This document shows, piece by piece, positions 39,135 to 48,504 of a DNA stretch of 64,000 nucleotides (positions are counted from its first letter, which is position 1; each line of letters starts with the position of its first letter). Under the pieces are notes generated by a model, which was not told the DNA's origin, did not search any database, and was given only the letters and a program-made list of their open reading frames with translations. Position numbers and translations under genes: made by a program. The stretch comes from an uncultured Chloroflexia bacterium (lineage in GTDB: Bacteria > Chloroflexota > Limnocylindria > Limnocylindrales > CSP1-4), in contig CAVYIM010000003.1 of NCBI GenBank assembly GCA_963768655.1, forward strand, positions 64,001 to 128,000, given 5' to 3'.

Positions 39135-39482
39135 TTATACGTGCCTCACCGCGACGCGAAGCTGGCGCACGGGGCTGCGCGTTGCCGAACGCAGTGCCGC
39201 CACCAGCTCCGGCGTGCGGAGCCGCAGCTCCTGGGCCACGATCGGCTCGTCGACTTCGACCGTGACTACGCCCTGCGACAGGGCCACGATCCTGCAGGCC
39301 CCGACCGCAGGCGGGATCCGCTCGGCCACGATCCTCTGCCAGGCGGTCATCGCCCCGGCAAGCTCCAACTCGTCTTCCAGGCCGAGCCGGCGGGCGGCGT
39401 CGGGCAGCAGGTCGCCCAGCCGCTCCATACCCCGACGCTCGGGCCGGCCGTTCTCGCCGCGGTCACCGCGCTGCCCGCTCAA
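39135..39482 (-). CDS. DUF721 / DciA family protein
   Basis: MERLGDLL..AWQRIV..GVVTVEVDEPIVAQEL, immediately after recF. TTGA overlap; alternative ATG at 39428. Confidence 0.82.
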   Translation of the reverse strand: MSGQRGDRGENGRPERRGMERLGDLLPDAARRLGLEDELELAGAMTAWQRIVAERIPPAVGACRIVALSQGVVTVEVDEPIVAQELRLRTPELVAALRSATRSPVRQLRVAVRHV

Positions 39483-40717
39483 GCTCCGCTCTCCTCGATC
39501 CGGGTACCCTCGAGGTCCGCCACCACCCGCCAGGCGCGCGCCTGCCGTCGCAGATCCGGATCCAGATCTTCCGGCACGGTGGTCGTGACCAGCGCCTGGG
39601 GCAGCTCGGCGATGCGCCGGACCAGGTGGCCGCGGCGAAGCGGATCGAGCTCGCTGAAGACGTCGTCGAGCAGGAGCAGGGGAGGGCGGCCATCGAGAAC
39701 TGTGAGAAGGTCCAGTTCGGCCAGCTTGAGGGCCAGGATGGCCGTCCGTTGCTGGCCGCGCGAGGCGAACGTGGTGAGGTCGCGGCCGCCGATGCTGAAG
39801 ATCAGGTCGTCGCGGTGCGGGCCCACCAGCGTGGCTCCGTTCCATGCCTCCTTCTCGGCCGTTTCGGCCAGCCGGCGGGCCAGCGCGTCCCGCGACGACT
39901 CCCCGGGGAGCAGCGGCGCGTTCGTGGCGTAGGCCAGCGCCAGCGGCTCTTCAGCAGGGGCGATCTCACGGTGAGCGGCCGCCAGAGGCGCTGTGAGCAA
40001 CTCCAGGAGGCGCAGCCGCGCCGCCACTATCGCGGCGCCCGAGGCCAGGAACGGTTCGTCCCAGTAGCGCAGCTGGGCGCGGTCGGCCTCGCCGTCGCGG
40101 ATCTGCCTCAGGAGGCTGTTGCGCTGGGACAGGGCCCGGGTGTACGTGGACAGGTGCGACGCGTACATCGGATCGTGCGGCGCGGCGAGCTGATCGAGCA
40201 CGGCCCGCCGCAGGGTCGGCGGGCCGACGACGAGGAGCATGTCCTCGGGGGCGAAGAGAACAGTGCGAAGGTGTTCAGCAAGCGCTGCGGGGCGGCGAGG
40301 CACACCGTTCACCTGGATGCGTTTGCGGCCGCCGGCCTGGAGAGATACGTCGAGCCCGATGCCCGCCGGCAGCGGACGGTCGAGCTCGGCTGGCATCGAC
40401 CCGGGTCCGGCCTCAGGCGACTCGGGCGCGATAGATTGGTCCGGAGGCCCCCCGGCGGCCGCGGCCCCCACCACTCCCTCGACGCGGAGGAAGTCGGTTC
40501 CCCACCTGATCAGCTGGGCATCGTCCCCGGTCCGGTGGGAGCGGCCCAACGCCAGCAGCACAATCGCCTCGAGCAGCGTCGTCTTCCCGGACGCGTTCGG
40601 GCCCCAGATGAGCTGCGGCCCGGGGCCCAGAGTCAGGTCCAGCGAGGCATAGCCCCGAAAATTCCGGACGGCAATCGAGCGCAGCAGCGTTGGGGGCCTG
40701 GACCGGAGTGGGACCAT
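39479..40717 (-). CDS. recF: DNA replication and repair protein RecF
   Basis: RNFRGY, GPNASGKT, SHR, GPHRDD, ASRGQQR and LLLDDVFSELD. Confidence 0.95.
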   Translation of the reverse strand: MVPLRSRPPTLLRSIAVRNFRGYASLDLTLGPGPQLIWGPNASGKTTLLEAIVLLALGRSHRTGDDAQLIRWGTDFLRVEGVVGAAAAGGPPDQSIAPESPEAGPGSMPAELDRPLPAGIGLDVSLQAGGRKRIQVNGVPRRPAALAEHLRTVLFAPEDMLLVVGPPTLRRAVLDQLAAPHDPMYASHLSTYTRALSQRNSLLRQIRDGEADRAQLRYWDEPFLASGAAIVAARLRLLELLTAPLAAAHREIAPAEEPLALAYATNAPLLPGESSRDALARRLAETAEKEAWNGATLVGPHRDDLIFSIGGRDLTTFASRGQQRTAILALKLAELDLLTVLDGRPPLLLLDDVFSELDPLRRGHLVRRIAELPQALVTTTVPEDLDPDLRRQARAWRVVADLEGTRIEESGA

Positions 40718-40917
40718 GCGGTCCTGAACCCGGATCCGCGGACCGCTGCTCGCATCATGCTCGGTCAGCCGGCTCATCCTCTTGGCTCCTGCCCGCCGCG
40801 CTCAGGCGTTCTTCGAGCGCGATCGCCCTGGCACTGGTGGCGGCACCGGCCCGCACTCGCCACAGCGGCCACATGCGGCGCTGGTCCGCCGGATCCGGGC
40901 TTGGAGATCTGCGACTC

Positions 40918-42036
40918 CTAGGAAGTCGTCTTGACGGGCATGACGACGTGCACGTAATCCGCGTCGTCGACCGGCCGGAAGACGCCGGGCGATAGAGGCC
41001 CATTCAGCTCGATCGAGAATTGCTCGGCCGGAACGTTCGACAGGACGTCGACGAGGTATTTGGCGTTGAAGGCAATCGTGGTGCCGTCACCTTCGACCTG
41101 CGCCTCGACTTCGCTGCGGTTGTCGCCGATGTCGGCCGCGGCGCTCACCGTAAGGCCCGTCGCCGCCTCCTTGCCGATGTGGAGCTTGACGATGTTCGCC
41201 GATGAGAAGGCGATGAAGCCGGCCAGTCGAACCGCCTTGAGCAGTTGGTCGCGGTCGACCGTGGCGGTCGTGGTGTGGCTCTTGGGCAACACCTGCTGGT
41301 AGTTGGGGAATTGCCCATCGATCAGGCGACTCACCAGATCGATGCCTTCGACATGGAATAGGATCTGGTTGCGGCTCGGTGACAGCACGACGTTGACAGG
41401 ATCGTCGGCCTCTGACAGTACCCGGCCCAGCGCATCGAGCGAACGAGCCGGGATGACGATGCTCGTCTCTTCGACGGGGTCGAGGATAGTGATGGTCTTG
41501 ACTGCGATGCGGTAGTTGTCGGCCGCCGCCAGGGTGAGTTGGGTGCCCTCGAAACGAGCCAGGACGCCGGTCAGGATCGGTCTGGCCTCGTCAGTAGCTG
41601 CGGCGAAGGTCACTTCCGTCAAAGCCTTGTGCAGGACGTTCTGAGCGATCCTGGTCGTCGGTCTGTCACCTGCGGTTGGGATCGCCGGAAACTCCTCGGC
41701 ATCAATCCCCTTGACGCGAGTCTCGAACGGCCCAGCGTGGATGTACAGGGTTTCCTGGGCCTGGAGCTCGAGGTCGACTCGCTCGTTGGCCGGCAATCCG
41801 GCAACGATGTCCGCCAAGAGCCGCGCAGGAGTGGTCGTCGCTCCGGCGACCTCGATCTTGCCGGGCACCCAGTAGGTGATCCCGATCTCGAGGTTGGTGG
41901 CGGTCAGCTTGAGGCCACCATCCTCAGTTCGAAGAAGGACGTTGTTGAGGACGGGCAGGGTGCTCCGCGTCGGAACGGCGCGGCTGACGACCTGGAGACC
42001 TCGAGCCAGGTTCTCCTGCATGACCGAGAGTTTCAC
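40918..42036 (-). CDS. dnaN: DNA polymerase III beta clamp
   Basis: STLPVLNNVLL, ATNLE, RPILTG, SRLIDGQFPNY and VVMPV. Confidence 0.97.
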   Translation of the reverse strand: MKLSVMQENLARGLQVVSRAVPTRSTLPVLNNVLLRTEDGGLKLTATNLEIGITYWVPGKIEVAGATTTPARLLADIVAGLPANERVDLELQAQETLYIHAGPFETRVKGIDAEEFPAIPTAGDRPTTRIAQNVLHKALTEVTFAAATDEARPILTGVLARFEGTQLTLAAADNYRIAVKTITILDPVEETSIVIPARSLDALGRVLSEADDPVNVVLSPSRNQILFHVEGIDLVSRLIDGQFPNYQQVLPKSHTTTATVDRDQLLKAVRLAGFIAFSSANIVKLHIGKEAATGLTVSAAADIGDNRSEVEAQVEGDGTTIAFNAKYLVDVLSNVPAEQFSIELNGPLSPGVFRPVDDADYVHVVMPVKTTS

Positions 42037-42099
42037 TTCGGCTTTACTCCCCTGACGTCGGGCATGGCGGGCCAGATCGGGTGATGGCTGACGGGCAGC

Positions 42100-42410
42100 G
42101 ATCCTACTCCCGGTTGATTGTCCATCTATCTTCTCATCCCGTCATCACCATCATCATGGTGTGGAGGATGTGAATCTGCTGCGCGGCCACGCTCAGGTAG
42201 CCGGTGGAGGGACTGCCCGGGTAAGTGGATGGGTTACGTCGAATTGGGGATTCTCGTCAGTCGGACGGTGGATGAATCGGTCAGGCAGCCCCCGGCGATC
42301 CGCCTGGATTGGTGATTCAATCACCCCTGCGTTCGCTGCGCCCGCAGGATTTCTCCACATCGGATGGGGGTTATCCACGCAACGAGGCACCTTATCCACC
42401 GGGCGGGCCG
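42100..42410. other. Replication origin oriC
   Basis: DnaA-box-like 9-mers TTCTCCACA (42351), TTATCCACG (42371) and TTATCCACC (42392). Reverse boxes at 42267-42275, 42160-42168 and 42169-42177; the last two are tandem and abut a (CAT)n trio-like tract. Located upstream of dnaN. Confidence 0.85.
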
Positions 42411-42490
42411 GACCCGATCTCCAGACAGCGTACGAGCGAGACCGGGAAGGTGTCCAGCTGGCACTCCAGGGGTCCAGCTCTCTGGAGCAG

Positions 42491-44011
42491 TCAGCGTCGG
42501 TTGGCAGCGCGCATCGCCAGCCGCCACGCCATCGCTATGGTCGGTCTGCTGGTCGAGAAGAGAATAAGTGAGCACACGGCGCCGTAGGCGATGGTTGCCA
42601 CGATTGTCGCCACGATGGCGGTGGCGGACGCCTGGCTCGACCAGTGCAGGGGCAGCCAGGCGCTGGTGCCGTTGAGGGCGGCCGTTCCTGCGAGGGTCGC
42701 GAGAAGGCCGGCGGCCAGCATCAACAGGAACCGCTTCCAGGTCAGCCGAATCATGTCCCGCGCCAGCCAGATCGCCGCAAACAGGCCGGCCGCCGCTCCT
42801 GCCAGGAATCCTACCGCCGAGCCTGGAAGGCCCAGCAACACCAGGCCCGACGTGTACGCCAGGAGCGCACACGCAGTCGCCGCGAAGGAGATAGACAGGC
42901 CTCTTCGTGACTCACCCCTCGCAAAGACCGCCTGACGCAGATACCGCGTCGGGAACCTGATCAGCGTTCCCAGGCAGATGATCTGTACCAGGAAGATAGC
43001 GGGTGTCCATTGGCCGCCGAACACGAGCGGTATCAAGACCGGGGCCATGGCCACTATCCAGCACTGGATTGGGATGACGAGGAGGGCGGTCAGAAGGATC
43101 GCCGACTCCAGGGCACGAGTCTGCTGGTCCCGATTTCCCTGCAGTCGAGCGAACGCAGGAAAGGCGATCTGGGCGACGATTTCGTCGATGCTGGCGATCG
43201 TGAGAGCTATTCGAACGGCGAACTGGATCAGCCCGGCCGACGCGGCTCCGCACGCGACGGCGGCCAGAGTGGACAGAGGAGCGTCGCGCAGCGTGATCAG
43301 AAGATCGCTGATCTGGAATCCCAACCCGAATCCGAGCAGTCTCGCAAGGCTGCGCCGCTCGATACCCACATGAGGCCAATGGCGCCAGGCCAGGTTGACC
43401 GCGATCGAGCCGATCGTGAGCTGCGCGAGGCCGGCCACCACGAACGCCCACGCCCCAACTCCCCAGAAGGCCAGGGCCACGGCGACGGCATAGAAGGTGA
43501 TCATCTGGAGCACATCCGCGGTGGCCAGCGGCCCGAATCGGAGATGGCGTTCCATCATGTCCTCAGGTAGAGATTGCAGACTCGCCGCGATCAGACCCAG
43601 GGACAAGACCCTGAACATCCACTCGGCATCGGAAGGTAGGCCCGAGATGAGTGTCCTGGCGGCCGGCGCCACCACCCAGATCGCGATCACCGCCACGACG
43701 GTGATGCATTGCTGGACGGTCCAGACGGTTCGCATCTGCTCGGGCGTTGGCTCGTCGGCCTGCTGGACGAGGGCGGCTCCGAGCCCGAAGTCGCCGATGG
43801 TGACGCAGATCGAAACCACGAAAGAGACAATTCCGTAAACGCCGAAGTCCGATGGCGAAAGAAGCCGAGCGAGGACGATCGTCCCGACAAATGTCAGCCC
43901 GCGCAGGATGACGCTCCGAATGGCGAGCTGAAGCGCAGCGTGAGTACTGCTGCGACCAAGGTCATGCCAGAGCTGAGCCCCATCGTCGCCCATCCCCGTC
44001 GCTCTGGTCAT
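42491..44011 (-). CDS. Wzx/PST-family oligosaccharide flippase
   Basis: LARLLSPSDFG, DFGLGAALVQ, FPAFARLQ and 12-14 hydrophobic segments. Confidence 0.92.
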   Translation of the reverse strand: MTRATGMGDDGAQLWHDLGRSSTHAALQLAIRSVILRGLTFVGTIVLARLLSPSDFGVYGIVSFVVSICVTIGDFGLGAALVQQADEPTPEQMRTVWTVQQCITVVAVIAIWVVAPAARTLISGLPSDAEWMFRVLSLGLIAASLQSLPEDMMERHLRFGPLATADVLQMITFYAVAVALAFWGVGAWAFVVAGLAQLTIGSIAVNLAWRHWPHVGIERRSLARLLGFGLGFQISDLLITLRDAPLSTLAAVACGAASAGLIQFAVRIALTIASIDEIVAQIAFPAFARLQGNRDQQTRALESAILLTALLVIPIQCWIVAMAPVLIPLVFGGQWTPAIFLVQIICLGTLIRFPTRYLRQAVFARGESRRGLSISFAATACALLAYTSGLVLLGLPGSAVGFLAGAAAGLFAAIWLARDMIRLTWKRFLLMLAAGLLATLAGTAALNGTSAWLPLHWSSQASATAIVATIVATIAYGAVCSLILFSTSRPTIAMAWRLAMRAANRR

Positions 44012-45135
44012 CGAACCCACAACAGGCGGCGCATGAAAGTCCTGGCCAGCACGTAGAGCGGCCGGAGTGGTCCGTGAACTCGGCGCTGGCCGATGCCATA
44101 CCGCCTGTAGTACCAGGCCATCAACGCTGCCGATGCCCGGTACCGCGCAATCGACAGGCCGCGGACGATCCGGCGACGGCTCGGCTCGATTGCTGGTATC
44201 CGGGCGTACTCGGCGATCACCTCTTCATAAACGCCAACGAGCTTGTGCGTCGCCAGTTCGAGGCCGCACTCAGCTCGGACCATGTCCCGAACCCGCCCGG
44301 CATCTTCCGCGTCGTAGCGCTCTATCTGGCGCAGGACACCATCCCAGGTGAGTGGCTCGGCAAGCGCCTGGAACCCAAAGTTGAGCGGGCGCAGACGTGC
44401 GAACTCCTCGGACGTGACCATGGGTCCCAGTCCTCCGAAGTCGCACAGGATCACGGCCCGCCCCACGGCCATCGCCTCCATGGCGGCCTTGGCCTTGGCA
44501 AAGACCAGGTCGTAATGGGCGAGGACCCGTTCCGGTCGATCTGAGGCCCGCCTAACTCCGCGGCCGATGACGTCCAGGTTCAGGCTCAGGCGTCGGCACG
44601 CCTCCGTGATTGCGGGCAGATGCGTGTCGGGCGTCGCGTAGTTGCTGAAGATCAGGGCACTGCCCGGCTGGGCCGGCAGTTGCGGTCCGCATTCGAAGCG
44701 GCGCAGATCGACGAAGTTCAGCTGGAGTCCTGTAGCCGCGGCCGGCGCTCCCGCGCTGCGCAACCGCTCCACACACAGCTCACTGACGCCAAAGTAGCGC
44801 CTGATTCGAGGATTGGGTGCGGGGACCGACCATGGATCCGAGTGGTTGTGGCAAAAGGCGATTGCGGGCACATCCGGAAACCGCAGGAGGGCGCCCTGAA
44901 CCAGGGGTCGGTGATTACCGTGGATGATGTCCGGCCGATCGTGGATCCGCCACAGACTGTCGGCTACTTCCACTCCCTCGGCCTCGAGGTCGTCGCTCGC
45001 GCGTCCCATGAGCCAGGTGTAAACGATCGGCCTGTGTCCCATGCGCTTCAGCTCGAGGGCCAGGTCGCGAGTGTAGACGACAGTTCCACTGGGCCAGTCC
45101 ATGCAGATGTTGGTGAGGAGGATGGTCAGGCCCAA
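44008..45135 (-). CDS. GT-B (GT4-like) glycosyltransferase
   Basis: TILLTN..SGTVVYTRDLA.EL..MGH, PDIIHGNH, NFVD and EAMAVGRAV. Start ambiguous (TTG 45135 or CTG 45129). Confidence 0.8.
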   Translation of the reverse strand: MGLTILLTNICMDWPSGTVVYTRDLALELKRMGHRPIVYTWLMGRASDDLEAEGVEVADSLWRIHDRPDIIHGNHRPLVQGALLRFPDVPAIAFCHNHSDPWSVPAPNPRIRRYFGVSELCVERLRSAGAPAAATGLQLNFVDLRRFECGPQLPAQPGSALIFSNYATPDTHLPAITEACRRLSLNLDVIGRGVRRASDRPERVLAHYDLVFAKAKAAMEAMAVGRAVILCDFGGLGPMVTSEEFARLRPLNFGFQALAEPLTWDGVLRQIERYDAEDAGRVRDMVRAECGLELATHKLVGVYEEVIAEYARIPAIEPSRRRIVRGLSIARYRASAALMAWYYRRYGIGQRRVHGPLRPLYVLARTFMRRLLWVR

Positions 45136-45172
45136 TGTTGCCCGCCGGGCTGTGAGGCCGGACGATTGGCGC

Positions 45173-45664
45173 TCATATGATGTGGTCGCTTGGGACGATG
45201 CCGATGACCCGTGCTGGATTGCCCACAACAATCGTTCGATCCGGCACATCCCGTGTCACCACCGACCCGGCGCCCACCAGGGCGTTCTCCCCGACCGTGA
45301 TACCCGGCAGCAGGACGCTGCCCCCTCCGACTCGCGCGGCCCTGAGGATCCTGGGCGCGGCTTTCTCCCAGGTCAGGTTCGGCCTGCGATGGACGATCCG
45401 TTTGTCGTTCATGGTTATCACGCGCGGCCCGCAGAAGACCTCATCTTCGATGACGACGCCGCGAGTGACGTATACGCCGCTCTGGAGCGAAACGTGGTCG
45501 CCGATGACCACGTCGCCCTCGATGTCGACGTACGAGCCAACCGTGCACTCTCGACCGATGATCGTGCTGCTCCGGATCATCACGAAGTTGCCGAGTCGCG
45601 TGCCCTCGCCGATTTCGACGTCGGGGAAGATCACGCAGTACTGACCCTGACGTGAAGGCGCCAT
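45173..45664 (-). CDS. Hexapeptide-repeat sugar O/N-acetyltransferase
   Basis: Left-handed beta-helix repeats (VEIGEG, IIGREC, VIGDHV, VIEDEVFCGP) and VGAGSVVTRDVP..VVGNPAR. GGGAGG SD upstream. Confidence 0.92.
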   Translation of the reverse strand: MAPSRQGQYCVIFPDVEIGEGTRLGNFVMIRSSTIIGRECTVGSYVDIEGDVVIGDHVSLQSGVYVTRGVVIEDEVFCGPRVITMNDKRIVHRRPNLTWEKAAPRILRAARVGGGSVLLPGITVGENALVGAGSVVTRDVPDRTIVVGNPARVIGIVPSDHII

Positions 45665-45957
45665 CTGCTTCCTCCCACACTCTCCGGACGGTCGAGTCTC
45701 TCGCCTGCAACTATGTGGGGCCTGGGTCATTCCGCCCGGGTGGCATTGTCCTTGCCCGCAGCAGCCCGGGGTGAGGGTTGCGGCGACGGTGATTGGGTCG
45801 GCCTGTGGGAGCGATGGAGGACGAGTCGATCGTCGACGTTTGCCCGACCGGGATGGTCCCGCCGCGCGACAGGTCAGACAGCGGCCTGGGAACCCGCGTC
45901 GAGCCGCCGAGCCCGCCTGATAGAGCGTCCTGATCGAGTGACCCGCGCGAGGCCGAC

Positions 45958-47355
45958 CTATTCCGCGTAGATCAGTTCCCGCACCGCGGCCAGCTCCCGC
46001 CGCAATTCGTCGTTGATGCCCATTTCGCGGTTGATCTTGTCGCAGGCGTGCAGGACCGTGGAATGGTCCCGGCCGCCAAGCTCGGCCCCGATGCGGAGCA
46101 GCGAGACGTCGGTCTCCTCGCGCATCAGGAACATCGCGATCTGGCGCGGCACCACGATCGCCTTGTCCCGCTTCTGACCCTTCAGAGCCTCGATCTGGAC
46201 GCCGTAGTAGTCGGACACCGCACGAGTGATCCGTTCCGGCGTGACCTGGCGTTTCTTGGGGTTGTAGAGGACGTTCGACAGGACCGCCTGGGCCAGTTCG
46301 ATCGTGATCGGCACCGCCCCCATGCTGGCGTAGGCGACGATCCGATTGAGCGCGCCTTCGAGCTCCCGGATGTTGCTGACGACCTTGCGGGCGATGAACT
46401 CGAGCACGTCCGAGCTGACCGGCACAGCCTGCTCTTCCGCCTTGGCGCGAAGGATGGCGATGCGCGTCTCCAGGTCCGGCGCGGTCAGGTCCGCGATGAG
46501 GCCCCATTCGAAGCGACTGCGGAGACGCTCCTCCAGCGTCAGGATCGCCTTGGGCGGTCGATCCGACGACAGCACGATCTGCTTGCCGTCCTCGTGGATG
46601 GCATTGAACGTGTGGAAGAACTCCTCCTGGGTCCGCTCCTTGTCCGCGATGAACTGGATGTCGTCGATGAGGAGGAGGTCGATCCGGCGGTAGCGAGCCC
46701 GGAACTCGTCGATCTTGCCCTGCTGAATGCTGGTGATGAACTCGTTGGTGAACTTCTCGCTGGTCGCGTACACGACGCGCTTGCGCGGATAGCGGGCGAT
46801 CACCGCGTTGCCGATGGCATGCATCAGATGGGTCTTGCCCAGGCCTACGCCGCCGTAGAGGAAGAGCGGGTTGTAGGCGTGGCCGGGCCGCTCCGCGACC
46901 GAGAGGCTGGCTGCGTGGGCCAGGCGGTTCGCCGACCCGACGATGAAGTTCGAGAAGGTGTAGCGCGCGTTGATGTTGCTGGCCGCCCCCTCTGGCGCCC
47001 CAACGCGCGTGGCCTCGACCCGGACGGCCTGCGAAAGAGCCGGCGCCGAGCCGTTGCCTGTGGCTGCGCCGTTCGGGCCGTTGCCTGGGGCGGCGCCGGC
47101 TGTCTCGCCGGCCGGGCGAACGACGAACTCGACCTGGACGCTGTAGCCGACGATGCGGGCCAACGTCTGCGAGATCAGGGATCGGTAGCGCGTCTCCAGC
47201 CAATCCTTGGCGAAGCCGTTGGGGACGGCGATCCGAAAGTGGTTGTCGTCTACGTCGACGAGCACCGTGTCGCGGAGCCACGTTTCGAAATTGGCCGGAG
47301 ACAGCGAAACCTGAAGCTCTCCGAGTGCTGCGCGCCAGACTTGTTTTGCGTCCAT
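45958..47355 (-). CDS. dnaA: Chromosomal replication initiator DnaA
   Basis: YNPLFLYGGVGLGKTHL, LLIDDIQF, RLRSRFEWGL, NIRELEGAL and GGRDHSTV. Confidence 0.98.
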   Translation of the reverse strand: MDAKQVWRAALGELQVSLSPANFETWLRDTVLVDVDDNHFRIAVPNGFAKDWLETRYRSLISQTLARIVGYSVQVEFVVRPAGETAGAAPGNGPNGAATGNGSAPALSQAVRVEATRVGAPEGAASNINARYTFSNFIVGSANRLAHAASLSVAERPGHAYNPLFLYGGVGLGKTHLMHAIGNAVIARYPRKRVVYATSEKFTNEFITSIQQGKIDEFRARYRRIDLLLIDDIQFIADKERTQEEFFHTFNAIHEDGKQIVLSSDRPPKAILTLEERLRSRFEWGLIADLTAPDLETRIAILRAKAEEQAVPVSSDVLEFIARKVVSNIRELEGALNRIVAYASMGAVPITIELAQAVLSNVLYNPKKRQVTPERITRAVSDYYGVQIEALKGQKRDKAIVVPRQIAMFLMREETDVSLLRIGAELGGRDHSTVLHACDKINREMGINDELRRELAAVRELIYAE

Positions 47356-47661
47356 CGAGGCAGGCTTGGTCCCAAGAGACGAAGATGGATAGCCAGAATC
47401 GTGACGGACGCCCGCTTCCGCTTTCACCTTCCGGCGCCGTGAGGTCGACCGATCAGGCTCTCCTCCGGAGCAGTCTGCCGGTCCTCACGGTCCCTCCGGG
47501 CCGTGGCCCTGGGGTTGTCTGGCGCCGCGGGCCGCCGAAGAATAGCACCGCCCCGGCGGCCCCGGCAAGGCTTCGGCCCGATCCGAATCGTATACTCCCG
47601 GGGAGTATCGGGCGCCCGACCCTCCGCGGCGGCGTAACTGGGGCCGGCGCGGCCTCATCGT

Positions 47662-47691
47662 TTGACACTCCGTGTGTCACGTTCATATAAT
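47662..47691 (+). promoter_or_regulatory. Consensus sigma70 promoter of the rpmH operon
   Basis: TTGACA-18 nt-TATAAT. Confidence 0.8.
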
Positions 47692-47794
47692 CCGCCGGCA
47701 GACGCGCTGAAGCGCTCTTGTGGCGCCAGGCGCGTTCGCGTGCCTTTCGGGGTATCCTGACCCCGAGGCCGAATGGAGAGACACCCGCCGTCCG

Positions 47795-47929
47795 ATGAAG
47801 CAGACCTATCAGCCCAAGAAGCGGCATCGCGCAAAAGAGCACGGCTTCCGCGCCCGGATGAAGACTACCGGGGGACGTCGCGTGCTGGCCGCACGCCGCG
47901 CCCACGGCCGCAAGAAGCTCACGGTCTGA
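47795..47929 (+). CDS. rpmH: 50S ribosomal protein L34
   Basis: [44 protein letters not shown]. Confidence 0.97.
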   Translation: MKQTYQPKKRHRAKEHGFRARMKTTGGRRVLAARRAHGRKKLTV

Positions 47930-47964
47930 CGGCGGACCGCGGCCACAACTCGCCGCGGCTGGTG

Positions 47965-48300
47965 ATGCTCTCCAGCCCGGAGGACTTCGCCGCACTGCAG
48001 GGTCAAGGATCGGTCAGGTCCAATCCCCTGCTCGTCGTCCGAATCCGCCGGAATGACCTCGAGGAGACGCGTTTCGGGCTCTCGACTGGACGCAAGCTCG
48101 GCGGAGCGGTCGTCCGGAACCGAGTGCGCCGGCGACTCCGGGAGGCGCTAAGGGTGATGGCGCCCTCGTTCCGGCCCGGCTGGGACGTTCTGATCATCGC
48201 CCGACAGCCCGTCATCGCCGCAGACTACCAGGCGTTGACGGGGGCCCTGCACAGTCTCCTCCGCCGAGGAGGCGTTCTCGGAGGGCGGACCGTCACGTGA
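47965..48300 (+). CDS. rnpA: Ribonuclease P protein component
   Basis: [25 protein letters not shown] motif. The start may instead be CTG 47926. Confidence 0.94.
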   Translation: MLSSPEDFAALQGQGSVRSNPLLVVRIRRNDLEETRFGLSTGRKLGGAVVRNRVRRRLREALRVMAPSFRPGWDVLIIARQPVIAADYQALTGALHSLLRRGGVLGGRTVT

Positions 48301-48503
48301 AAACGGTCGGCATCGGGCTCATAAGGCTCTACCGCCGCCTCTTCGCCTGGCGCCCGTCGGTCTGTCGCTATGAGCCGACCTGTTCGGTCTATACCGAGCA
48401 GGCGATCGCCAAATACGGTCTATTCCGAGGGAGCTGGATGGGAATGCGTCGAATTGCTCGCTGCCACCCGTGGAGTCGCGGTGGCTACGACCCTGTTCGC
48501 TAG
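48297..48503 (+). CDS. yidD: Membrane protein insertion efficiency factor
   Basis: [23 protein letters not shown]. Confidence 0.95.
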   Translation: MKTVGIGLIRLYRRLFAWRPSVCRYEPTCSVYTEQAIAKYGLFRGSWMGMRRIARCHPWSRGGYDPVR

Positions 48504-48504
48504 C

